A DNA stretch of 64,000 nucleotides from Octopus sinensis. Lineage: Eukaryota. Positions 36,271-50,495 of the stretch are shown in pieces. Within the stretch, counting starts at the first letter, position 1, and each line of letters opens with the position of its first letter. Below the pieces are notes generated by a model that searched no databases, was not told the origin of the DNA, and worked only from the letters and a program-made list of their open reading frames with translations. The stretch lies in NCBI RefSeq assembly GCF_006345805.1, contig NC_043012.1, positions 32,612,001 to 32,676,000 of the forward strand. The letters are read 5' to 3'. A program made the translations under genes and the position numbers.

Positions 36271-37968
36271 TTAATTATTTGCTACAAAACAATAAATTAT
36301 TACACCAACTGTATAAATAGAACTGAAACCTTGTATGTGTAATATCAAGTACTTGTTACTTAACTATTACCAAGTAATCCTACCCCAAATTGCAGTAATG
36401 ACATTGTCAAGTTATTAATTTCAAATCTGCTTGTATCAATGTTGGTCTCATGAAAGATAAGTCTGGTATGATAGTCAAGATTTTAGAAAGGTGCTTAATG
36501 CAGGCTGATACTTTAAAGGTAAGAAACACAGGCGGCGAGCTGGCAGAAACGCTAGCACGCTGGGTGAAATGCTTAGCGGTATTTTGTCTGCTGTTACGTT
36601 CTGAGTTCAAATTCCGCTGAGGTCGACTTTGCCTTTCATCCTTTCGGGGTCGATAAATTAAGTACCAGTTACACACTGGGGTCGATGTAATCGACTTAAT
36701 ACCTATGTCTGTCCTTGTTTGTCCCCTCTATATTTAGCCCCTTGTGGGTAATAAAGAAATAGGTAAGAAACACATTCATTTACAGAAGTAAGAATGGTGC
36801 AGACAAGAAATGGAGAGAGATCTAGAGTTCCATACCACAAGAGGGTGCTAGAGTTCTATGACAGAAGTTATATAATCATTTGCAACACAAACACTGGAAG
36901 GTTAGCAGCCATCCAACTGCTGATCTACCTGTTGAGAGGGTATTAGGTTCATTTTGTTGTTACTGTAAAACAAGACAAGTAGGTAACTCTGAAAGCTAAA
37001 TTCCTCCTCCATAACAAGCAAGTAACTATTGTTATAGGAGATTGGTGAATGACTTTAGATTGAGGATCGGACAAATTTGAATGGAGAAGTAAGAGATGAA
37101 AGTTTGGAAGTTGAAAGATTTCTCAAGGTGAGAAGAGAGAGAGGAGATAAAGAAGCATTAGTTAGGGGAGAAGCAGGTGTTCTGGAGGTTCTTATGAGCA
37201 TATTCACAGTAAGCCACTTAGTTGTGGGTCAGACAGTACCTCAGGCAAGAAACAGGTGACATAGTTGTGGAAAAGAACAGAGGATAGACCTATAAGATAA
37301 GATAAACCTACAAGGAGTGTAAAAAGGATGGACAAGGGTTAAGAAGTAAGACTTAATTATAAGACTTAATTAGTAAAGAGGAAAGATGAGAGTAGAAGAT
37401 TTGCTAATTGTTCTGTAGTGTATTGATGAAAGTGTTTTAAAGTTCAAGTCATGGCCTTCATATCGTTGTTATTATGTTAAACTGTCGTATGTCCAAATTT
37501 GGCCAAATGCATTTTTTTCAATATTATTTTTGCTTGCAACAGCCAGTTCTTTTGGTCAAACTATCGTATCTCCAGTTGCTTCAGATGCCAAAGTATCAAA
37601 AATTGTCAAAGTATAGTACAAGAGTTTTGCTATGGAATGGTGAAACTATTTTTTGCATTTTCTGAAAAAGCAATATTTAGGACTTATGACATTTTTGCAT
37701 AACAGCAATGAATTATTAACCAGGATGTTACTGGGGACAAGTGCGTTTGAATTAGAATGGCATGTGAACCAGGATGTCATGGCAATAAATATATCTGAAC
37801 AACCAGGATATCAGTGACACAAGGACACTTATTGCAGTGAATAGAATAAAGTGTATGAAAGGTTGTTAAAAATGAAATACGAGTGTAATTCTTTCTTATT
37901 GCCATCACCATTCTTATACATGGATACATATAAACATGCATACATACACACATACATACATGTACACA

Positions 37969-38120
37969 CACTAACATAACTAGGGGAGGGCGGTAGGGGC
38001 GGTTCACCTTGGGTGGCACTTCTGGGTCTGCTGTAGGCAATATGTGGGTTTTTTTGTGGGGTCTGGGGGTGGAAAATGGAAGGGCTGCCCTGGGCGGCAC
38101 ACACTCTAGCTACGCTAGTG
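37969..38120. mobile_element. hAT-like MITE with 8-bp TSD
   Basis: CACTAACATAACTAG vs CTAGCTACGCTAGTG; flanks TGTACACA and TGTACAAA. Confidence 0.65.
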
Positions 38121-38160
38121 TGTACAAAGGTGCATACATATATACATACACACATACATG

Positions 38161-38206
<46 letters not shown>

Positions 38207-38329
38207 TACATACATACATACATACATACATACATACTCAGACATACATACATACTAAAAACATATTCTACTGAAGAAGAATATTTGGACCAGATATAAT
38301 CAGTTTAAATGCTATAAGGGTTAAAGGTT

Positions 38330-39670
38330 ATTTTCAAGTCTCTGTTGTGAAATCAATGTAGGTTTGGTGTAAGGTGCCAAGATTACTGGTAAATGATGTT
38401 TGGTTACAGAAGGATATGTAAAAATGGTGGATGGTGTCTTTTGTGCAAGAGTGGGCATTGTCGGATGTGCTGGCTAGCAGCAGGTGATTGAGATAAAGAA
38501 GTAAGAGCGTGGGTAACAAAACTGAACCTTGGAGCATACTTGAGTTGATAAAGTGTGGAAGAGTAAGAGAGAGAAGGAGAGAGAGAGAGAGAGCACTATT
38601 AGCAGAGCCATGATAGTGTAACTTGATAGAAAGCTATTCTTCGCAGAAATGATAAATGAATGAAGCCAGTTGGTGGGCAATTTAAAGAGGAGATTTGCAA
38701 GCCAGACATGGCCTTGCTAAGGTCAGTAGCAAGTATTGCTTTTACCAAATTCCTCAAGTGGTGAGTGACATAGGAGAGTAGGTCTCCAGTAGATTTGACT
38801 TTATGGAATTTTTATTAGTAGTTGTTAAGTACAAGATTCAATGTGTTGAGGAATGTCATTGTAAATATGTGTCCATTGCCTTTCAGTTAATGGAGGTGAG
38901 TGAGATAGGATAAAAGTTGGTAGGGCCAAAGGAGTTATTCTTGAAAAAATGGAGCGTAAATTTCTGTTTCCAAAATTAGGATAAATCCTTATAGAGAATG
39001 AGTCCAATTGAAAAGCATCAGAATCTAGCTTTGAGGTACATTGTTTGAGGATGACAAAAACAGCTTTGAAGTAACAGGAAGCACTTTCATACTTGGCCTA
39101 TATTTAAAGGGAAAAATTTGACAAGTCAGTCAGTCACCGGCTGACAATACATCATCAAAGAGGCCAGGGAACAGAATAAAGAAGAAGAAAGAAGATGTGC
39201 ACCCAACACCAGAGCTGAAGACACCTCCAAAAGGGTAGGGGTGCCTGCCACGTCAAAACGGTAGAGGAGTAGGGGCTGAAACCAGACGTGGTTCCTCCTG
39301 ATGATGTCTTGAGCTAACTGGATCCTATAAAGGAGCTGTTGTGGTAGCAGACCACAAAACATGGTTGTAATTCCTCTCTGGTGTGTCTGGTGGGATAGAA
39401 AAGGAGAGATCTGGAATAGATTTACCAAGTGAGTGTAGTTTGGAATTGGTTGTAGAGTGGGCAGTGAAAGTGGAACTTTATTGGCATACAGCTTACAGAA
39501 TCATTAGGATTGAGAAATGGAGGCAAAAAAAAAAATGACCCCAGAAAATTTATGGAGGTCCTTTTGGTAAGAAACCAGAAGGATCAACTACAGTTGCGGG
39601 GCAGGAAGCGGTTGAAAGTTATAGCATGTATGACAGCATCCTTCATGTTTTGGAGAGTGTCTTGTAAGAA
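38330..39670 (-). mobile_element. Old L2/Crack-like LINE remnant (related pieces at about 36830-37420 and 62290-63420)
   Basis: QGSVLLPTLLLLYLNHLL...SCTKDT (decayed PQGSVL...YADD) and RPITPLAL-like motif remnants. Confidence 0.55.
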
Positions 39671-40085
39671 TTGCAGTGGTGGGTAAATGCTAAACAATCT
39701 CCAAACATTATAGGCTTTTTTTTTAGTCACTTACGTGTCTCTATGGCTATAATAAAAAATGTGTGTGTGTATGTGTGTATGTGTGCACTTGTACTTGTCT
39801 GTATGCAGAATAGTAGAAATATATTCAGATCACCAGTCAATTGGAAACTTATCAGAACCAGTCTGAACTGATGATAAAATTTCTATCAGTTAAGAGAATA
39901 ACCAAGCTGTCTAATCCTAGCAGCATGATTTAGTAACAAACAGCAACTATGAATAGGAATGGACATGTCTTACTAAAAAATCCATAACAATGACCTAGAA
40001 CTTCAGCAACTGCTGTAATAGTATAATTTATTACATGACACTTTTTATGGAATAAATAATAAAAATTATGATAATAATAATGATG

Positions 40086-40140
<55 letters not shown>

Positions 40141-40365
40141 TAATATATTTCTTTATTACCCACAAGGGGCTAAATATACAGGGGACAGACAAAGGTATTA
40201 AGTCGATTACATCAACCTCAGTACGTAACTGGTACTTAATTTATCGACCCCGAAAGGATGAAAGGCAAAGTCGACCTCGGCGAATTTGAACTCAGAACGT
40301 AACGGCAGATGAAATACCGCAAAGCATCTTGCCCAATGTGCTAACGTTTCTGCCAGCTCGCTGCC

Positions 40366-40366
<1 letters not shown>

Positions 40367-40421
<55 letters not shown>

Positions 40422-40728
40422 TATAATAATAATTATAATAATTATAATAATAATAATATAATAATAATTATATAATAATAATAATAATAAATAATAATAA
40501 TAATAATAATAATAAATAATAATAATAAATAATAATAATAATAAATAATAATAATAATATAATAATAATAATAATAATAATATAATAATAATAATTATAA
40601 TAATAATTATAATATAATAATAATAATAATAATAATAATTATAATAATAATAATTATAATAATAATAATTATAATAATAATTATAATAATTATAATAATT
40701 ATAATAATAATAATAATAATAATAATAA
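40367..40728. repeat. Long (AAT)n microsatellite
   Basis: Direct reading. Confidence 0.95.
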
Positions 40729-42427
40729 CCACCACCATCATCATAGATTTATGGAATATAATTATTGAATCACTGGATAAGAGAGGGATTTAGTGGAGCA
40801 GGAGATTTTGGTTAATTTCTACTTTCGTCCCTTCCCCCACTGCCTAACATGCAGTCTCCATTTATTCTTAAATCATTTCTATAACATCATTATTTTTCAT
40901 TTTTTTTATTTATTGTTTACTCAAGAAGAGAAGCTAGCATCCATGACGCTTCACTTTCTGACAGGGGTCTCTGAAGCTGATAGGAGGAAAGGAGAAAATT
41001 ATTTCCAAGCTAGAAATCTCACTAAAATGCTTGCAACAAAGTGAGCTCTGCTATAGACATTCAAAGGCCAGTTGGTCGTGTGGAACTGGATGATTGATAG
41101 TTCTAACATTCTGAAACATGAACCGGACACCCATATTGCGTCACCTTATTGAACCTTTATATCATGTAATATCATCATCATGATCGTTTAACGTCTGCTT
41201 TCCATGCTAGCATGGGTTGGACGGTTTGACTGTGGGCTGGCGAACCAGATGGCTGCACCAGGCTCCAGTCTTGATCTGGCAGAGTTTCTACAGCTGGATG
41301 CCCTTCTTAACGCCAACCACTCCGAGAGTGTAGTGGGTGCTTTTACGTGCCACTGGCACGGGGGCCAGTCAGGCGGTACTGGCAACGACTTCGCTTTAAT
41401 TTTTTACACATGCCAATGGCACAGGTGCCAGTAAGGCAATGCTGGTAACGATCCTGCTCGAATGGTGCCTCCTACATGCCACCGGCATGTAGGAGGCACC
41501 ATTTGAGCGTGTTATATTTCTGCTGCTTTTAAATAAAGTATATATATATATATATATACTCTCACATATGCATATATATGCTGGGTTGATGTGATTCACT
41601 ATCCCCCCACTACTTCCAATTTCTACTCTAGGACTTGTGTGTAAAACCCTGTTTCTCAATGTATTTTTACTTATGAAATCCTTACAGTAACCAATCTTTC
41701 AACTTTTCTGTTCCAAATGGATTGCAACAGATGTTATTCTTCTCGAAGTCAACAGGGGATAACTTTGTAAACAATTAAATAACCATTAAACAACATTTTG
41801 AAAGGAAGGGTTTTCTCTTCTAAATTTTTCTGCAGTTATTTTTCTTTCTTTAAGCAGTTTGCTAGTTTACTCAATAAGTATCTAAACACCATGACAGTGT
41901 TTAGCTACACCTGCTCAATATGTACCTAAACATCAAAACTCTTTAGATACATGCTGAGATGCTAAAGAGTGTAGGATGTCAAGTACAATTTTCACCTTGA
42001 ATTTCTTTTCTCTTTCCTAAGTCACAACAGCTGGTAATTTTTATTTTCTTATTGCTCCTTTTTTTGTTTGCTTCTCTCCAAGGGACCATTCTGTTTGACA
42101 ACCTATATTCTCCGTTTATCATTTTATATACAGAGGTTATATTTGACCTCTTGATAATAGTTGTAAGATTCTCACCTGCGGAAGGCAAATAAATAGTTAT
42201 ATTTAGAAAATCAAAGTGGAAGTAGAGTGGCTATTAAACATCTGTGAGATGTATGTAAAATAACAATTTTTTTTTAGGTTCTTTTATAACATTTGGTTTT
42301 ACATTATGCTTTATTTCAAGAGTTCTTTTAGTGCTTTTCTTGTTTTTCACGAATCTAACATTTGTTTCATTTCATACATTCCACCTACTTTTAACATCTT
42401 TCGCTTAAAATATCACATAATATTTAC

Positions 42428-42571
42428 CTTCTGTTTCTCCGGATGGTGTAGTTGTTGTTGCTTATACTTTCTTCTGCTGAAAGAGGAACTATTCCGCTAG
42501 TTCTGGAATTATGACCCCCTTCAAAAGAACTTGTATCTGTGGATCCTTCATAATCTTCTTGACTTTTCTTT
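42428..42571 (-). other. Candidate 144-nt coding exon of an unidentified gene
   Basis: ...TGTGCCAG| and AAG|GTAAAT boundaries; only one open frame (phase 2-2): KKSQEDYEGSTDTSSFEGGHNSRTSGIVPLSAEESISNNNYTIRRNR; no recognisable homology. Confidence 0.3.
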
Positions 42572-44008
42572 CTGGCACACAACACACACACTGTGTTGAT
42601 AACAATCTCACATATTTGCAATCGGGATGAATGAGTGAGTAACATTTTTAGGAATATTGCAACTGCTTGGAGTTAGAAAAGTAGTACAAAGATGCAAGTA
42701 CTTACAAATCACTAGTGGTGGTCTATTGTGGGTCTTGAAACCGGAAATGTTGAAGAAGAAGAAGAAGAAGAAGAAGAAGAAGAAGAAGAAGAAGAAGAAG
42801 AGCAGCAACAACAACAACAACAACAGCAGCAGCAACAGCAGAAGCAACGTCACCACCACCACCACCACCACCACCATCATCATCATCATTTAACGCCTGT
42901 TTTCTATGCTGGCATGGGTTGGATGGTTTGACTAGAGCTGGTTAGGCCAGGGGCTGCACCAGGCTCCATTGTCTGTTCTGGCATTGGTTTCTATAACTGG
43001 ATGCCCTTCCTAATGCCAACCACTCCACAAAGTGGGCTGGGTGCTTTTTATGTGGCACCAACACCAGTAAAATGTAGTAAAATAAAAGTGGGTTTGGTTA
43101 TTCCAGTGACGGCATAAACATCAGAAATAAATACAGTAAGGTTAAACATGTTGATAAGGCAAAATATTAGGGGTTAGCTAACACTATTACCTGGTGGAGG
43201 AAGCAAAGGAGACAAATATGAATGTCTATTTATAAAGTTACTTAGTATCCCCAGGGGAAATATAGATTTTACTAATAGCTTGTTAGCAATCTAGTAACGA
43301 GCTTGCTATATAGTAACGTTCATAAAAAACATTAAATGACTCTGGGAAATATTATTATTTGATAATTTAATGATAAAGGAATGCATTTAACCCAACTGTG
43401 GTGCTTCAAGAATCCTTTGTAATTAAAGTATGGCTGAATAATTAAGAAGTTAGCTTCACAATCATGAGGTCCCAAGTTTGAACTCATTACACAGCATCTT
43501 GAGCGAATGCTTTCTTCATAAAGACCTTTACATGAGATCAGCCAAACCTTGTCAGTGAAATGGGAGAAATAAAAACTGCATTAAAACCCTTCAGGTTTTA
43601 TTGTCCATGTGAGTCAAAGTCACCAGGTATATTACACCTTGCATTATATTGTTTTGGCTGGATCTTTGAATTACCTGCAAAATTATTCTGATGCAATTTG
43701 TACTCAGTTTGTCTGTTTAGTTGCAGTCAAGTTTTAAGTTGATTAAAGGCCACAGAAAAGAGATTCATCCCATGATGGAATGCATAGGAAGTGTATCCAA
43801 GACTTCAGGATCACAAAGGGAACTGAGATACTCAGCCATACTGGCATCCATATTTTTATTGTAAAGGACTGCTGCTCAACCTTTAGGCACCCCTTTATAG
43901 CATTTATACATCTACATATTATTTGAAAATAAGGTCTATCCTTTTTGTAAGTATTGATACAAAATAGATTAGACTAACAGTGGTGCTACAAGATGTATCA
44001 AATAATTT

Positions 44009-44534
44009 TAACACTACAACATGTTCCTAGTTTAGCAATTGTAACACTACAAGATGTCCCTAGTTAGAAATTGTAGAATTACAAAAAGTATCAAATACTT
44101 GGCATTCTTTCGATATAAAACGACAAAATCAAAACATTTTACTTTGGGTATTTCCGTGGAAGCAAATGACTGTTCGATTCTGTTTTCTGCTTGGAAATTT
44201 GCGGATTTTACAGACACACCTGAAACAGGTAAGAACAAATATGCAAATATTTTTTTCCTTCAAGTTTAAAACGAGACATTGCTGGTATAATTTCATTATA
44301 TTTATTTATACTCCACAACCTACAAAATGTTTTGATTTTGTCGAGTTATATCGAAAGAATGGCAAATACTTTTTACACCATATGTTCCAAGTTTAGCAAC
44401 CGTAACACATCAAAATGCACCTGGTTTAGCAGTTATAACACTGCATGATGTTCCTAGTTAGAAATTGTAACTCTACCAAATGCTCCTAGTTTAGTAAGTG
44501 TAACATCATAAAGATGTCTTTGGTTTAGTGAATG
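44009..44534. repeat. About 33-bp minisatellite interrupted by an inverted-repeat element (about 44080-44378)
   Basis: Units like TAACACTACAAGATGTTCCTAGTTTAGCAATTG; 44093-44140 inverted to 44324-44370. Confidence 0.75.
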
Positions 44535-45175
44535 CATTTTTGTAATACATCAACTTCAATGCCAGACACTGACATAATTTAGGAAATGGTTACTCTCAAT
44601 GATCAACACACAGATAACATTACAAAAAATGCCATAGGAATCCTAAATTCTCCCTCTATTTTTAGCATTCTTTGGTTTGGTTATAATACAAATTCTTTTA
44701 TCACAGGATTTAAAGTAAAATAGAACAAATTTTTATCCTCACCCAAATGTGTAAACAGTAGAAATTTCTATTTCAGGAAATATAAAACCCATTTTGAGGA
44801 AAAAAATTTGCAAAGTTTTCACTTTGTTCAGTCCAATATGAATAGTTTGCAAGAATCCTAGTAAAGTACTGAAAAGTTCTTTTATCTTTTGCTTGTTTCA
44901 GTCATTAGACTGTGGCCATGCTGGGGCACCACCTTGAAGAATTTTAAGTTGAATGAATCAACCTCCTGTATTCATTTTATTGTTAAACCTGATGCTTATT
45001 CCATCAGTCACTTTTTGCTGAACTGCTAAGTTATGGGGTCATAAACACGCCAACACCAGTTGTCAAGTGGTGATGGGGAACAAACACAAGCACAAAGACA
45101 CACACACACACAAATATGATGGTTTTCCATCTATCAAATCCACTCACAAGGATTTGATCATCCCAAACCTATAGT

Positions 45176-45492
45176 GTGGAGGCACATGGCCTAGTGGTTA
45201 GAGCAGCGGACTCACGGTCGAGGGATCGCGGGTTCAAATCTCAGACCGGACGATGTGTGTTTATGAGCGAAACACCTAAGCTCCACGCGGCTCCAGCAGA
45301 AGGTAATGGCGAACTACTGCTGACTCTTTTGCCACAACGTTCTCTCACTCTTTCCTCCTACATCTTGCAGCTCACCTGTGACGGACCGGCGTCCCGTCCA
45401 GATGGGGAACCTATACGCCAAGAAACTGGGAAACCGGCCCTTATGAGCCAGGCATGGCTCGAGAAGGAACAAACAACAACAACAGCAAAAAG
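45176..45492 (+). mobile_element. tRNA SINE with V-domain-like segment nested in a CORE-like SINE
   Basis: TSD CTATAGT at 45169-45175 and 45493-45499; GACGGACCGGCGTCCCGTCCAG segment; (AAC)n tail. Confidence 0.85.
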
Positions 45493-46247
45493 CTATAGTA
45501 GAAGACACTTGCCCCTTAGGTGCTATACAGTGGTACTGAACCCGGAACCATGTGGTTGGGAAGTAAGCTTCTTACCAAACAGTCATACCTATTACCAAAT
45601 AAAGCCAGATATTAAAGAAATATGTTATATGTAAGTATGGTTAAGTATATATGTGCAAAAGCATGTGGGTATGTGTGTGCATGTGCGTGAGTGTGCGTGC
45701 GTGCGTGAGTGTGCATGCACACACACACATTTGTACAATTGACAATATGCTGCTGCCTGTCTTATATTCTACAAACTTAGACATGCATCAATAAAAGGGT
45801 TTCCTTTTAAAACCTTACAGGATCAATAGTGATTGAATTCGAATAATACAATGTGATGGAGTATTTTTCCCCAGAGATAATTTACTAAGTCCATAATGTT
45901 TCAGTGATGGAAACGGGATGGGATACGCAGAGGGATGGTATTCCTCTATTTTTCAGTTCATAGAGGAAGGAGGCTTATAGTGAGTGAACAAACCTTGCCT
46001 GCTTCCTTCTAACTTGAGCCACGTGGACCTTAGCATACTCCAAATTCCAAAAACGCCTTTCTATCACTCATATAGCTGCTTCACATTTTTGCAGTGAAAG
46101 TTTTCACGGGTGTATTTTTTTCCATTTCTTTGGAATTAATGAAATAATTACTAGTAATACTGTGTGAATGGGGGCAGGGAGGGTGTGCAGATGAAACAAT
46201 TATATCTACATCATAATGAAACTGGTGTTATACTTAATTAAAAGATA

Positions 46248-46296
<49 letters not shown>

Positions 46297-49200
46297 CCAT
46301 TCATCATTTATCCTGATGTAAATGTAATTATGAAATTCTTAATTAAGGATGAAGCCTTTAGCATGGAGAATTAAAGAGAATAGCTCACAGACAGAATACA
46401 CTGCCTGTCGTAAAATATGAACTCACAACCTATGAACTTGTTTCTCCATTCAGACCTTACACCTTAAATATTTATTTATATCTAAAGAAATGTCACCTAA
46501 AGGAAATTAATTAGACATAGTTACTGAGAAACTGGAACAGGGCCATATTAATAGATCTATGATAGAGTTACACTAACACATATACACTCACACATATACA
46601 CCAAAATAAAGCCAGAGTCACATATTTGTAGCAATATTATTATATAAATATAAATTACACATGGGAGTGTGGTAAGAAGATTGCTTCCAACCATATGGTT
46701 TGGAGTTCAGTCCCACTGTGTGCCACCTTGTGTGTCACCTGTGTGTCTCCTGCTATAGCCCTAGGTCAACCAAAGCCTTGTTAGTGGATTTGATAGACAA
46801 AAACTGAAAGAAGCTCATTGTGTGTGTGTGTGTGCATGTGAGTGTGTGTGTTTTGTGCCTGTGTTTGTCCCTCACCACCACTTGACAACCGGTGTGGGTG
46901 TGTTTATATCCCCATAACTTAGCAGTTTGGCAAAAGAGATCGCTAGAATAAGTACCAGGCTTAAAAAGAGAAAAAGTACTGGAGTTGATTCATTCAACTT
47001 AAAGTTCTTCAAGGTGGTGCCCCAGCATGGGCGCAGTCTCACGACTGAAACAAGTAAAAACTAAAAGGTAAATATATTTACAGTAATATTCACTAACTGA
47101 ACGTAACTGTGCAAATAGAACAACTCCTGAAAGATATAAAACTGGTATAGGTATTTCAACTAGAATTACATTGGTATCACCATCATCAACACTGCTACTG
47201 CAATCGCCACTTCCCCTCCTTCCTCTCTTCTCCTCCCCTTCCCTCATCACTGCCACCACACTCTCTCTCTCTCTCACACACACACACATTATTTTTCATA
47301 TACATGTGCATACATCTTATTTGTATATATGTGTGCATGTGTATGCGCATGTGAGAGAGAGAGAGAGAGAATGAGTGACTCACACAAACTCCCTTTTATA
47401 TATATAGATGATAAGCAACTTTTTTTTTATCATAATACAGAAGTGACTTATTTGGAGACACATTACTTTCCTTATTCGCACACATCTTCACTCTTGTAAT
47501 TCGACACTTTGTAATTTTAGTTCAAATTGAAAGTGTGAAACTATTTTCACTTTCTAATGGAACCTGGTCATTGTAGAGATGTGTATTTGAAATAACTATA
47601 GCTGGTTGTTGAGATAATGTAGAAAATATGTAAATGAAAATAAAGTTTATTTGGCAGCTGAAAGATTACTGAATCTTTTGATACCCCATATGTCAAAATC
47701 AACAACCTAGTTTTCAAATGCATAAGGAATATACGCGCACACACACACACACACACAATAGGCTTCTTTCAGTTTCCATCAACCAAATTAACCCACAAGG
47801 TTTTGGTAGGCCTGGGGCTATGGTAGAAGACATTTACCCAATGTGCTACACAGTGAGACCAAACCTGGAACACATGCTGCACACACATGCACATATATAT
47901 ATACACACATGTATATACATACACACACACACATACATATATGTGTATGACAAGTTTCCATACAATTTCCACCTAATTTCACTGACAAGATATTAATTAA
48001 TATAAGATTATAATAGTAGATACTTAACCAAGGAACCATACAGTAGTATGGAACCTGGAACCATCTCAACACATCCATACCTGTATCAATATATATATAT
48101 GCGATAATTAATATATGATTATAATCATATAGAAAAGATAGATAATTATCTATTTCTTCTCTAGAACTTTTATTTAGACTAAATCTTACCATTTTGTTTG
48201 CAGTGAGCCAAGTTCATAAAATATTCCATTTCATTTAATCATCTGATGATCTTGTGAAGATCGTTACTATTACATAGACTTTACTTCAGCCCAAACACTG
48301 AACTAAGAAGTTGTGTCCGTGTAAGAAGACATCAATTATTTAGCTGAATACTTTCTATTGTAAAGGAGAGGTGTTAAAATATTGGTTTCGAATTTTGGCA
48401 CAGAGCCAGCAATTTCAGGAATGGGGGTGGGGGCAGCTAGTCAATTACATCAACTGGTACTTATTTTATCAACCGTGAAAGGATGAAAGGTAAAGTCAAT
48501 CTTGGCAGAATTTGAACACAGAACGTAAAGACAGATGAAATACCTATTTCTTTACTACCCACAAGGGGCTAAACACAGAGGACAAACAAGGACAGACAAA
48601 CGGATTGAGTCAATTATATCGACCTCAGTGTGTAACTCGTACTTATTTAATCGACCCCGAAAGGATGAAAGGCAAAGTCGACCTCGGCGGAATTTGAACT
48701 CAGAACGTAGCGGCAGACGAATTACTGCTAAGCATTTCACCTGGCGTGCTAACGATTCTGCCAGACAAAATACCATGAAGTATTTTACGTAGTGAGCTGA
48801 TTTGGTTTCAATTTTTGGCACAAAGCCAGCAATTTAGGGGGAGGGGCTATGTTGATTGTATTGATCTCAGTGGTCAACTGGTACTTAGTTTATTGACCCT
48901 GAAAAGATGAAAGGCAAAGTTGGCCTTGGCAGAATTTGAACTCAGAACATAAAGACAGATGAAATGCTGCTAAGCATTTTAGTGGTCTTAAGATATTAAT
49001 ATTTAAAATATACTTGAGGAATTTGGGAGTTGAGGAATGTATATTGACCAATGAAAACTATATTTGTAGCAAATAGAAAAGGCAGAGCTTTGTGTACAAG
49101 CCAATAAAGTTCAGAGGAAATTTAGCTGTGTAACAAAGTGATTAAGTTGGACTGTTGAGGTGATGTATGAAGATACCATTCCTGTAGAAAAAAAAAATAT

Positions 49201-50146
49201 ATTTAAGTTGAAGAAGAAAACCAGAAGATAAAATCTAAGTTTTCATCTAATAAAACTGTAATCTTAATGAATTATTAGAAAGAGATGTTTTTGTTGTTTG
49301 TTGTTGTTTCTTTGCATCTAGTGTTGAAGACAAAGGAGTATCATTTATCTTTCCCTGCCCAGTATTTTATCATTGTGTCGTTTTTACAGCTTTTCTGTTC
49401 TAGTAAAAATAGTTGATTAGATCTGTGGTTCTCAACCTTTTATAGTTTAGAACCTAATAAATGTTTTACAGCTTTTTCTCTCCCATTCTATCTTTTATTT
49501 ATTACTCGTTTCAGTCACTGGTCTGCAGCCATGCTGGGGCACCAGTTTGAAGGGTTTTTTAGAGGAACAAACTGACCCTAGTACTTGTTTTTAGATCTGG
49601 TACTTATTCGATTGGTCTCTTTTGTTGAACTGCTAAGTTATGGGGAGGTAAACAAATCAACACCAATTGTCAAGCAGTGGTGGTGGTGGTGGTGGTGGCA
49701 GGGAACACACACACATGGTGGCTTTCCAGACAGTTTCCTCCAACCAAATTCATTCACAAGGCATTGGTCAGCTTGGGGCTATAGTTGAAGACACTTGCCC
49801 ATAGTACATGCAGAGGGATTGAACCTGAAACCACGTGGTTACAGAATAAGTTTCTTCTTAACCACACAGACATTTCTTCTTTGCAGAAAAACACATGGAT
49901 TCCCAACAGATTATATCACACAGGTGCGATTTATTATTCATATTTTCTTCTAGTATTCCATCAAGTGCATGTCTCTTTCTATTTCATAGGAAAAGTGGCC
50001 TTATGGTAAATTCTTATGGAAATTACTGAAGTTATGAGCTTATATAACAAAATTACATTGTACTTTGGCACATCAGTCCAGTCAAGTTTACGTTCTCTGA
50101 TAACATATTTTCATCTTCACAAAGATTCTGTTTTGAAAACAATGTT

Positions 50147-50495
50147 TTGATGACATTCCAAAAGCTGAAGCAGTTTGTATGGGGAACAGTGTCCCACCCA
50201 CCATATTTGCTGGACATTGCCCCATCTGATCATTATTTATTCCTTAGTCTTCAAAATCATTTGGATGGAAAAAATATAAATTCTGTAGATGAGGTCAGAA
50301 CAGTTCTGGAGTATTTTTTGTCATGGACAAGTGAATTTTGGAAGAGAGGCCTTGCAAGTCTACCAGACAGATGGAAGAGCATTGTAGAAAATGAAGGAGA
50401 GTGTATTTTAGATTTAAAAAAGAACTTTGTTTATCTTAATTTTGAAAATAGTAAAAGTATAAAAGAAACTGCATTATTTATGGGATGACCCGATA
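50147..50495 (+). mobile_element. Mariner transposase 3' remnant with right TIR
   Basis: HPPYLLDIAPSDHYLFLSLQNHL (YSPDLAPSD motif) and W..G+..LP.RW; ends TTATGGGATGACCCGATA. Confidence 0.85.

Noticed and set aside
41996-42176. Minus-strand exon following 42428-42571
   Set aside because: Its open frame is phase 1, whereas the upstream candidate ends in phase 2, giving an immediate stop; unsupported
48243-48270. CTGATGA plus GATCTT/AAGATC hairpin as a hammerhead
   Set aside because: Followed by GTTAC rather than GAAA; no helix I or III
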